A stretch of DNA of 20,520 nucleotides from Chiloscyllium plagiosum (taxonomy: Eukaryota). The position numbers and the translations under genes were made by a program. The stretch spans positions 26,695,537 through 26,716,056 of the forward strand of contig NC_057719.1 of assembly GCF_004010195.1 (NCBI RefSeq), written 5' to 3'. Within the stretch, counting starts at the first letter, position 1, and every line of letters begins with the position of its first letter. Shown piece after piece: positions 9,422-19,402 of this stretch. A model generated the notes under the pieces. The model made no database searches, was not told the DNA's origin, and saw only the letters and a list, made by a program, of their open reading frames with translations.

Positions 9422-9782
9422 ATTTAACCAGTCATATTTTGGACTAGACTTCATTGTGTTTCCCTCACTTACATCTCTTCCTCTCAAACAGAATTGCATA
9501 TGTGACATTGTTGTAAGTTTATACATTGCTCACATAATCACTTAAATATCATCCAACTGCATTGTTTGTTTGAAGTTTATTGTCATTCTGTTTGTAGCTA
9601 GATCGAACTTAAACAAATTCTGATATCTCAAGCTCATCCACACTGATGATAGTCGGAAATGCATGTAGCTAATTTAGTATCTGAAAGACCACATTGGAAT
9701 TTGGAGTCATGTATAATAACTGCCCTTTACATAGAGATTTAAATACTGTTGTTTCCTAAACATTGTACTCCATAATACCCCC

Positions 9783-10123
9783 GGGGTGGCACGATGGCTC
9801 AATGGTTAGCACTGCTGCCTCACAGTGCCAGAGGTCTGAGGTCAATTCCATCCTTGGGCGACTGTCAGTGTGGAGTTTGTACATTCTCCCCGTGTCTGTG
9901 CAGGTTTCCTCCGGGTGCTCTGCTCTCCTCCTGCAGTCCAAAGATTAGGTGAGTTGGCCATGCTAAATTATCCATAGCATTCAGGGATATGTCGGCTAGG
10001 TGCATTAATTGGGGGAAATCTAGAGTAATTGGTGTAGGGAATGGATCTGGGTTGATCAGAGGGTTAATATGGATTTGTTGGGCCAAATGGCCTGTTTCCA
10101 TACTGCAGGGACTCTAATTCTAA
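9783..10123 (+). mobile_element. Near full-length HE1-type tRNA-derived V-SINE
   Basis: Pol III box A TGGCTCAATGG at 9795-9805 and box B-like GGTCAATTCC at 9840-9849. V-domain GTGTGGAGTTTGTACATTCTCCCCGTGTCTGTG..GGTTTCCTCCGGGTGCTC. CR1-like tail TTGGGCCAAATGGCCTGTTTCCATACTG with TCTAA repeats. Confidence 0.9.
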
Positions 10124-10428
10124 GAAAAACATAATCAGGGGGAAAGGCAATTGGGAAAAAGAGAAAAAGCATTTCTCTTGCTGCCAAATTTGATTGGTAG
10201 GTACCTCCAGAGTAAATGCAACAGGTATAACAAGCAGCCTAAAACTCCCTGAGCCCTCCTAACAGCCTTATGAGGGACATGTTCTGTTGCACTACTCTTA
10301 TATTTCAGTACCTCACACCTTGTTTGGATAAGATTGCCCAAAGTAGAGAATCATAGGCAAATACAGATCCTTCGAGGAAATAAACATATTATTTGTGGTC
10401 TGAATTTCAATGTCTAGCAGAGAAGTAT

Positions 10429-10624
10429 TAGAATCCCTACAGTGTGGAAACAGACTCTTTGGCCCAACAAGTCCACACCAACCCTCCGAAGAATAACCCA
10501 TCCAGACTCATTCGCCTACCCTCTTATCCTATATTTATTCCTGACCAATGCACCTAATCTACACAACCCTAAACACTATGGGAAATTTAGCATGGCCAAT
10601 TCACCTACCCTGCACATCTTTGTG
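10429..10624 (-). mobile_element. 3' half of an HE1-type SINE
   Basis: Reverse complement matches ~9935-10120 (e.g. AATTTAGCATGGCCAATTCACCTA vs TAGGTGAGTTGGCCATGCTAAATT; GTGTGGAAACAG..TTTGGCCCAACAAGTCC tail). Confidence 0.88.
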
Positions 10625-11640
10625 CTTTCTGCAGAACCAGCATTGAAAATAGAGGAGAGTTTTAGCCTCTCTTTTTATAAACAATGTTAAGCTTTATGGA
10701 GATAAAGCATTTGATCTTAAAATAAAAGATTGCACTACATGCAGGTACATCTTGATTGTCATTTGGCTAGCTGGACTGCAAAAGCACTGTGGTGTTTTTT
10801 AACAAAACCTGCCTCATAATTATGCTCTTCTGTGCTACATTTATAATGACTCAAAACTCCTAACACACACTCAAGTCCAGACCGCCATAACAGAACTTCA
10901 ATTTTCCGCGTCACCTAGGTAATCGGAAAATATCACCTCATAAACAAAGATGACACACAGCAAAAGAATGCTTCAGATATCTGACCGCTAACAACACAAA
11001 ATGTTTCACAATTAGACAAATGTTCTCCACATAATAATTCAGTCTAATTATGAAGTTCCATAAGTAACTGCACAGCCTGAAGGAGGGGATTATGGAGTTA
11101 TCTCATAGTTGATCATACTGTCACGAAGGCATCCACTTTTATCAATTTTCCATTAGCTAAAAGCAGTTCAGTTAGTCAAGTGTGTTATTTTTGTCAAATA
11201 GGCACCCACCAATCTCTCTATAGCCAGGTTATTCAGGTATACACACAGGATAAGTCTAAAGAGTTCTCAAATGTAAAAACAGAACTGGTGCTTAAGCTAT
11301 ATTATTCTAAATGCAGCTAGTAATCTTTCCAATGAATCCAATGCACATCTGATATTTCAACTTGCCTATCTCCAAATGTGACATTTTGCTAGTTTTCAAA
11401 TAGGGTGGCTAAAAGAACATTTAAATGCTGCAGAACACCATGCTTTTCACAAGAAAAGTTTAATTTGTGAGTGGGACATGACAGTGCCATTGTGTTACTT
11501 GGGTGCAGAGTAGTATTAATGGGTATGAGAAACTTATGGCCTAGTCCAACTGAGGAAGACCATCATCACCATTTTGCCTTTGCAATCCATAAATCTGAAA
11601 GAACAAGGGAATAAATTGTTCCTAGACTGGCACACTATTT

Positions 11641-11790
11641 CTAACACCACTTTGGTATACCTAGCCTCCATGGACTGCAGTGCTTCATAAAAGCAAACCA
11701 CTACCACATTCTCAAGGACATTTAGGAATAGGCAATATATGTTGGCCTAGCCAGTGAAGCCCACATACCATTAATGAGCTAAACAAAATC
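11641..11790 (+). mobile_element. Old LINE 3' end (CR1/L2 group)
   Basis: CATGGACTGCAGTG..CACTACCACATTCTCAAGGACATTTAGGAATAGGCAATATATGTTGGCCTAGCCAGTGAAGCCCACATACCATTAATGA plus an A-rich tail resembles a common elasmobranch LINE 3' UTR (recognised from memory). Confidence 0.6.
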
Positions 11791-13479
11791 TACTCCATCT
11801 TCTTATTAACAAAAAAGATTTAAATCCAATCACATTTTGGCCAAGGTTGGTAAATATCATTTTGAGATTTTGAACACAACTATTGAGTCTCCCAAGTCAA
11901 AACATTCATTACAAGAATGTTGGAACAAAAAAACTACATCAAAATCTTGACTTTGAGATCCAAAATCTGGATATATAAATTCTCTCAATTATGTTCAGCT
12001 CTCCTTCATGCTCATGTCTAAGTTTAGAAGTTTGTTTGAATAAGTTTATAAAAAGCCTTTAACAATGTTTGACAAAATGAATTTTTAACTAGTTACTACC
12101 AATGAGCTAGTAATTTACTCTATGCGGTACATAATTGTAGCAAAACTGTAAGCTCAATGCATTAAGATAGGTTTACCAAGGTCACACAGAAAAAGTTTTC
12201 TCAAAGATATTCAACCAAAGCTTTATTCATGGATACAGATCCTTCTCAAGCCAATACTTCTGTGCTCACAATCTTTAAATGACATGGGTACAAGTTTGAG
12301 TCTGATAGCCTTTTACATGAACCAGCTGACCCAAGTTGTACTGTTAGCTTCCCATTCTGTAAAGCAGGGAAAAACAATTCTGCTCTCTGATGCCAAATAC
12401 ATTTAAGTGTTAATAAAGGAATAACATAATTTGCATTTCTGAAGTGTTCCGAAATGAAGTTTGCATCTGGTTACCGTTATATTGGAGGTAGTAACATGAA
12501 AGTATTTCCCAGTGGCAGTTATCACTCTTTGGTGAATATCATTGCAGATAGTTTCCTGTATAACATTATATAATTTTTGACGAAATTCTTCATACTCATG
12601 CAGTTTGCATGCTACAACTACACAATATCTATCCTCAGTTTTATTCTGCTGAAGTTAAAATAGTATTTATTTCTTTGAATCCCCCTCTTATCAATCAGGA
12701 TCTGTATTACCAAAACTGTAACTTGTCGGACTTAAAAATTTTGTTTATGGTGCATTGATGGAATTTTCATGTAATTTTTACAACATATAAAGGAAATACA
12801 GCTTTAAAGTAATTGCGCATGCTCAACTAAAGGGTGCTTTCCCAAAATGCATACAAAATATCAATATTTGATACAAACCAACATCAATTGTTATGGATGA
12901 CTTTTAAACCAATATTTAACAGTGATGCACAGGGAAATAAATGAGTTACTTGCCAAGTTGTTAGAATGTTTGTTGATGATAATTTATATTACGAGGAGGG
13001 AGTGTCTAGAGGTTTGCACCTGCATTAACATATGCTTTGCTCTGCTTTATTACTGAAGGCTTTTAAACTTTCATTTGACATGCTTGCTGGTTCACAACTA
13101 TACATCAGAGGGAATTGCAATGTAATGGTACTGTACTGAACAGGTTATTTACACCATATCATAGATTAATACTGATATTTACAAAATAATGGGAGTTTAA
13201 TCTTATGATCCTCTGAGATGAAATGTTTACTGTGCTCAGCTGTACTGCAATGTTTAGTTTTCTGTAGTTAGTAATATGTCACGACAACATGATTAATTCT
13301 TTGTGCTAAAAAGTGATAGAACTTGGTTTAAATTTGTAGTTTATTAGACCAGTGGCTGCCAATAAATATTGGGCTGTCAGGAAGGGAAGGCAGACACAAC
13401 TCCTCCTCATAAGGAGGATTTCATAAAGACTCATACTGGAATTTAGGAAAAGGAATAAGCCATTATCAATTTTGTTGGT

Positions 13480-13808
13480 AACATAGACTCCTAGAGTCAT
13501 CGAGCATGGAATAGACTTTGGTCCAAACAATCCATGCTGAACATAGTCCCAAACTAAACTAGTGCCACTTGCCTGCTACTGGCCCATACCCCTCCAAACT
13601 TTTCCTATTGAATTTATCCAAATGTCTTTTAAATGTTTGTAATTGTACCCACATCCATTACTTCCTCAGGAAGTTTGTATTGCACAAGAATCAACCCCTG
13701 TGTAAAGAATTTGCCCTTCATGTCTTTTTAAATATCTCTTCTGTCAACTTACAAAATGTTCTCCCTCGTCTTGAAATACCCCACCTTAAGGAAAAGACAT
13801 CTACCATT
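13480..13808 (-). mobile_element. CR1 LINE 3' end fragment
   Basis: Same layout as 8135-8460: CATAGACTCCTAGAGTCAT tail, CCATACCCCTCCAAACTTTTCCTATT and TCCAAATGTCTTTTAAATGTT 3' UTR blocks, then the ORF2 end. Confidence 0.85.
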
Positions 13809-13809
13809 G

Positions 13810-14815
13810 TGTTCATTATACAATTTCCCATTCAGAAACCTATGCTGACTTTGCCCAATCAGATCATTAAGAACCAAACGTCTACTTACCACATCCTTCA
13901 TAATGTGGGGACCACATTCTAATGAAGATGTCCTCAGGGAGAAGAAAGCTGAAGAAGAGATCTGATTAAGATTTGCAAAATCATGAGTGGATTGGAAGAG
14001 TAAATATGGAGAAGCTGTTCCGATTTTTAAAAGAAAAGAAATGAAAAAACATGGTTTTGAGGTGATGTGCAAATGAATTAAGGATGATGCAAGAAAAGAC
14101 ATTATCGCACAATCATTGGATAATAAGGTAACATTTACTACCTTCCAAACCACAAGAATCATCTCACAATTTATAGAATGTTGGAAGATAATCACCAATG
14201 CATGACCTCCACACTGACCACCTACAACACCCTGGGATATAGACTACCTGGTTCTGGGGATTTATTGACTTTCAGCCCCAATAATTTCTCCAGTACAATC
14301 TTCTTATTGATTCTAATTTCCTGCAACTCTTCATTTTCCCTTGTCATTCTGGGAAAATTCTAATAGGACAGAGGCAACACAATCATTTTATTTCTGTCAT
14401 TTCTTTATTCCCCATTATAAATTCTTCTGACTTTCTGTTTAATGGATCCTTTATTTGTACCATGAAGATTTTACAATCTGTTTTTGTGTTTTTTTCCCAC
14501 TGGATTGCATACATATTCCATTCACCCTTTCCTGATCAGTTTCTTGGCCCTCCTTTTTGTCATACTCTTTCTACCTCCCATTCCTCAGAATTATTGTTAT
14601 TTGTGACACCTTAATGGATCATTTCTTAAATCTTAACTTAAACCTCGAACTTCCTTTGTTAGCCACAATTGACTGACTTTTTTATTGAACTTCTGCACTT
14701 TGAAGCAATTTACAGTTGCTGTCAGTCATGCGATAGTTCTTTAAAGACTATCCACTGCTTATGTACTGTCATGCCTTTTAATGTCCTTTCCTAATCCAAC
14801 TCAGTCACTTCATGC
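13810..14815 (-). mobile_element. Older CR1 ORF2 fragment (pre-RT and RT start), interrupted at ~13925-14115
   Basis: Minus strand remnants VNKSPEPGSLYPRVL (DKSPGPDGLxPRVL-like), WKVVNVTLL (WKxANVTPL) and IMKDVVSRRLVLNDLIGQSQHRFLNGK (IIKD..LI.QSQHGF..GK). Confidence 0.75.
13925..14115 (+). mobile_element. CR1 ORF2 C-terminal fragment in opposite orientation
   Basis: Plus strand reads RKLKKRDLIKICKIMSGLEE / VNMEKLFP / HGFEVMCK*IKDDARKDI, matching RRLRGDLIxxxKIM...GH.F.V...D.RK.F. Confidence 0.65.
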
Positions 14816-15049
14816 CTCTGTAATAATAAAATAGGGTGAAGAAAAATGGCTATGAAATAAAAATCTGGCTAATACCAAGAGGCATCCATCAGAAAGTGAA
14901 TGGGGTAGATTCCTTTGACTTGCTGAAATGAATGTAATGAGATGGTAAGAGCCTCAGAATGGGGTTGGCAGACTTAAAACCCATTAATGCTGATGATTCT
15001 GGAACCAGTCAAAATAATCTCCATTCTTTTCGCTAATGCTGCTTGTCAG

Positions 15050-15195
15050 CTGTGCCTTAGAGAATAACACTCTTGTCTCCAACAAGAAGGTTGTGGGCTT
15101 AAAATACAGTTTGGAGACTTGAACAATTGATCTAACCTGACACTGTCCTGAGGAGTGCTGCAGTGTCTCAGATGCCATCATTAAGCAACGAAGTG
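15050..15195 (+). mobile_element. Degraded DeuSINE (SacSINE1-like) 5' portion
   Basis: ACACTCTTGTCTCC..AGAAGGTTGTGGGCTTAAAA..GGAGACTTGAACA..ATCTAACCTGACACT..CTGAGGAGTGCTGCAGTGTC..AGATGCCATC follows the remembered SacSINE1 consensus in order. Confidence 0.6.
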
Positions 15196-15703
15196 CTTTG
15201 CATTGTCCTAAAAGGTTTTTTTTCATTTAAACTGGTACATATTTCAAGACAGTAAGGGCATGAACAGTTTTGCTCAAATTAATAGTTGAATTACTTGAAT
15301 CAATAATGAATTTTAATCAAATTTTGTTAGACAGGAAATTTAACTTGTACATTTAGAAGTACATAGAATGTGTTTTACAGAGGAACTAACAGAATTACAA
15401 TCGAGATCTTTTATATCCTTCACTTTTTTTCTCCAGCCAGGATTTGAATTATGTCTTTGCCGAGTGCTGAGTGGTGCTGGTTAAATTGTAAATTTAAGTT
15501 TTTGCCTTTCTTTCATGATAAACTTAAATTTATGAATGCATCATTAGACAGTTATCTATTACTGTATTCACCTGGGAGAAGTAGGTAAATTGAGGATTGA
15601 ACTATTTGCAAACTGAGCCAATTTAGATTCACAGCAGACACTCTTAATGCACTACAGAGAACGTTCATCATTTTTGGCAGTGCTGCATTTTAGATGTTAA
15701 TGT

Positions 15704-15850
15704 TGTGACAATATTATGACTTTAAAAGGTGCATTTTGTCCTGGTATTTATTATGAAGAAAGGTTGAGACAGAGGCGACAAGCAGTTTGCTCAAAGCCAA
15801 TAAATTAAACAGCTTGTGACACCTTGGATTTCTTTACAAATGTTTTTTAA
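15704..15850 (+). repeat. 5' portion of an LTR of gypsy element 2
   Basis: TGTGACAATATTATGACTTTAAAAGG..TGTCCTGGTATTT shares blocks (TGTGA, CTTTAA, TGTCC, TATTT) with the start of the solo LTR at 17498. Confidence 0.55.
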
Positions 15851-17497
15851 CTAGAAGAAAGTGCCAGATCTCTTTAAAGAATTTACTTGTGTGTGTAAAG
15901 TTTATTTATGTGTTCTAGGAGGATTAGGTACAGAAATTAAGATTTAAAGAGACATGGGAACAAGTCAATCTTCGATCGTAAGAGATGAGGAGATACATTA
16001 TTCAGAAGGAGTATAGCCATAAACAGTGGTAATATATAGAATTCATGGTGGGAAGAACTGTATTCCATTATCTGAAGTGAGGCTGGAGAGTTCGGTGAAA
16101 AGTGGTGAAGTGGTGGTGGGAATAATAGAGAAATTCTCAGCTTTAGTAGTACAGTTTATCCTGGATAATGTTATAGCTGGATCACAGGTATGATGCCTAC
16201 TGTCTCTGAAAAGGTAATGGAAAATCAGGCAACTGAGGCGTTACAGGAAGTATATGTTGGGATTTTTCCTCATTGTGTGGTAACAAGGTCACAAAGGTAA
16301 ATGTGGAAATGGGAGGAGAAATCAAAGAATAAATATAGGGAAGTTGAAGTTCAACCATCAGAAACTATCTTTGATCAAATCATTGAGAAAAAAACAATAT
16401 CAGGTGGAGGACAAAGGGGACACTTTTAGTTCAGAGAAATAACCTGAATTGCCACAGAAAGAGGTAAAAATAAAGCAGTTGTATCATAAATATAGACAAA
16501 ACAAGAATCTGAGTGTATCCCAGAATGTTACTATTTTAAAAATGAAGTCTTCATGAGGAAATGGAGACCATTACATATTCAGGATGAAAAATCATCAGAA
16601 GCTCATCAAGTTGTATTACCAGGAGTTATAGGAAGGAAATGTTACGAGTAGCACATCTGGGAGTAAGGAAAGCTCAAGCCAAAATGCAAAAACATTTTTA
16701 TTGGCCTGGACTGTGGTTGTGGTTGACTTTTGCTGGACATGTCATGTGTGTCAAGTAATTGGAAAACCTCAGGCTGTGATAAACCCTTAACATCCATTCC
16801 TGAATTTGAGGAACCTTTTACAAGAGTCTTAATTACTTCTGTAGGACTCCTACCTAAAAAAAGAAAGTGAGAATCAGTATTTGTTGACCATAATTGATAT
16901 GTCTACTAGATTTCTAGAGGCCATGCCAATATGCAGTATCATGGCTAAAAGTATTGTAGAAGAGTTACTCGCATCTTTGACTAGATACAGAGATACAATC
17001 AGATTAAGGGTCACATTTTCCATCAAAATTATTCACAGAAGCTATGGATAGTTTAGGAATAAAACAGTTCAAATGCACTGTGTGCAATCCAGAATCGGAA
17101 GGAGCATTAAAACAGTGGCATCAAACTTTAAAGACCATGCTGAAGTATTATAGTCAAGACTATCCAGAAGATTGGGATAATATTTTGCAATTAGGGATGC
17201 ATATAATGAATCAACTAACTCAGTCCATTTAAATTAATTTTTGGGCATGTTGTGACAGGATCACTGAAATTAATTAAGGGGAAAATGGTGAGTCAGCGTT
17301 CAAAGACCACATTTTTGGACTACTTAGGAAGATATTAAATAGAGCGGGTAAGTTGCCTAGACAACATTTGAAAGTAGCACAGGATGTGATGAAACAGGAA
17401 GCAGACAAGAAATCAAAAATCCATGGTTTTGCTAGTGGAGATAAAGTTACTCCCAGTGGGAGGTGAATGTTTAAAGGCAAGGTTTAGTGGGCCTTAT

Positions 17498-18182
17498 TGT
17501 GATGATGCTGCTCCTTTAACAACGTTGTGCTGTCCTTGGCTATTTTTTCAGGGAGGTCGTAAAAGCAGCATTTCCATAAAGTTAAGGTTTGAACGCTTTT
17601 AGGGCCAATTTGATTATAGCTAACAGATACTGCTTCAGGCAAAATGCTTTCAAGTTTTAAAGAAAACTCTTGTACAACGAAAGGAGAGTGGCCAGTTCTT
17701 CCAGCTCAGCTTTTCTTTGGCTTGATTTGGTTTGGTTTTTAGCAGTCTGGCTGTTCACTGAAAGCAGTCTGTTCAGTTTGAGGCTGCTGGTCTAAGAAAC
17801 AGCTCCATGGAAGAAGGTATTCCATGCTGAATCTCTCTTGCCATCTCCCTCTTTCTCTCCTGTAAGACCCTGTGTTTGATTTTAGCTTTTTTACCAAGGG
17901 ATATTTATGGGGATTGTTGCAGGAATTTGGAACAGCATCATTAAGTTGTGATAGTCAGATGGGTTTTCAGATAAGTTAAGTTAATTCATATTCTGTTCTC
18001 TTTTGTTTATGTTTCATTTGGTAATCTTGCAAATAAATTCTGTTTTGTTTAAAGCTAAGTGGTTGGGCCAGCTACATCACTCCTGGTATATCCATGTTAT
18101 ACCTGCTTAAAACAACTAGCAAAGTTGGAGTCTGGGCTACTTTCTTGAAACGTTTTGAGGGGGTCTGGCCTGGTCTATAACA
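17498..18182 (+). mobile_element. Solo LTR, 685 bp, with 4-bp TSD
   Basis: Termini TGTGAT...ATAACA. TTAT at 17494-17497 and 18183-18186. AATAAA near 18032. Excision restores the frame FSGPY|QIKRKLNEMNYLIRTPDK. Confidence 0.92.
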
Positions 18183-19189
18183 TTATCAAATCAAAAGGAA
18201 ATTGAATGAGATGAATTATTTGATAAGAACACCAGATAAATAGAGTGTGTCATGAGAATATGATCAAAAGGCATCTTGGTAGGGAAGGAAAGCAAAAAGA
18301 GAATGCGTTACTAATTACAATACAGAGTGAAGAACCAAGTTCAGATGGTTCTGAGTTTAACATTCCTCAAGTTAAATTGGACAAAAAGACATTCTCAAAA
18401 GTTTGGATAAATTATTGAGTTACCTTCCAGAGGAAAATTGAAATGATGTGAAAGAGTTATTATAATTACATGGGGAAATATGTGGAATTAAGCTGGGAAG
18501 TATTAATCTGATTAATCATGTAGACATAGGAAATGCTGTTCCAATTAACCAACATTGTTGTGGACCAAATCCTCTAAAATTGGCCCATGTTGGCCAAAAT
18601 AAATTGAACACATGCTCAAAGACAATACAATCAAACTGAGTTGCAACAAATGAAGCTTACCATAGTAATGGTGCCAAAACCAGATGGTACCCAACAATTA
18701 TGTCGACTATTGCAAAGCCAATGCAGTTGCAAAATCTGACTCATGTCTTATTTCACATTTGGAAGACTATATTGAGAAGGTTGGACAAGCAAATTATATT
18801 TGGACTTACTTAGAGGATGCTTTATCCAAACAAAAAGGAAATTTCAGCTTTCATGACACTGAATGAATGATATTGTTAGTGTGACTGAGGTGTAAAGATA
18901 AAGTGTGTTTTTCCTAAAATCAAGTAGTTTGACCAATCAAATTGCATCTGGAATGCAATACCTCACATTCTAATAGTACAGCTCCCAATTTCTCCAATAT
19001 TTGTGTCAGTGTCCTATGAATTAATAACCCCAGGAGATCCAAATCAGTGGGATGATAGTGCGAATGGGATGACATAGAGGTGTGTTACATGGGTAATAAG
19101 AGTCATGTGAAAAATCTCATGCATAATGGAGAAAAGCTCTTGATTAAACTCACCAAAATTAATATTTAGCAAATTTCTCCCAAAGTTCA

Positions 19190-19402
19190 CCCCATAGAAT
19201 CAGTTTGTGTGAGGTAGGAAATACAAAAGGAAGAAGTCAACTGCAGGAATAGTTTATAGGTCTTCTAACTGTAACAATGCTGTAGGACAAGGCATACAGG
19301 GAAGAACTAATGGGAACAACAGGAAATCATGGAGATTTTAATCTCCTTATAGATTGGATAAATCAAGTTGGTAAAAATTGCTTGAAAAATAAATTCATAG
19401 AA
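19190..19402 (+). mobile_element. CR1 ORF2 AP-endonuclease fragment, cut by the younger minus-strand CR1
   Basis: IESVCV..RNTKGRKSTAGIVYRSSNCNNAVGQGIQ, HGDFNLLIDWINQVGKNCLKNKFIE (GxxYRPP and GDFN..IDW motifs). A possible upstream piece DIVSVTE lies at ~18869-18889. Confidence 0.75.

Larger units (their letters stand above)
15704..18870 (+). mobile_element. Second degenerate Gmr1-like gypsy element (partial 5' LTR, PR, IN, N-terminal RT); gag missing, 3'-truncated
   Basis: TGTGACA start. Protease IKI*RDMGTSQS at ~15936-15972 (LRDTGASQS), DNVIAGSQV, FPHCVVTRSQ. Integrase AHLGVRKAQAKMQKHFYWPGL, CWTCHVCQVIGKP, EPFTRVLI, YLLTIIDMSTRFLEAMP, EIQSD*GSHF, PESEGALKQWHQTLKTML, FSGPY. RT IVMVPKPDGT, VDYCKANAVAKSDS, LEDYIEKVGQANYI, ISAFMT. 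Confidence 0.92.

Noticed and set aside
9783..9855. tRNA-like box A and box B
   Set aside because: This is the SINE head, continuous with the V-domain, not a tRNA gene.
12440..12575. Short open frame CSEMKFASGYRYIGGSNMKVFPSGSYHSLVNII
   Set aside because: Splice signals are weak and there is no recognisable homology.
18840..18890. Gypsy element 2 ends at about the same RT position where Penelope inserted in element 1
   Set aside because: Two events only, with different interrupting sequences. Coincidence is sufficient.
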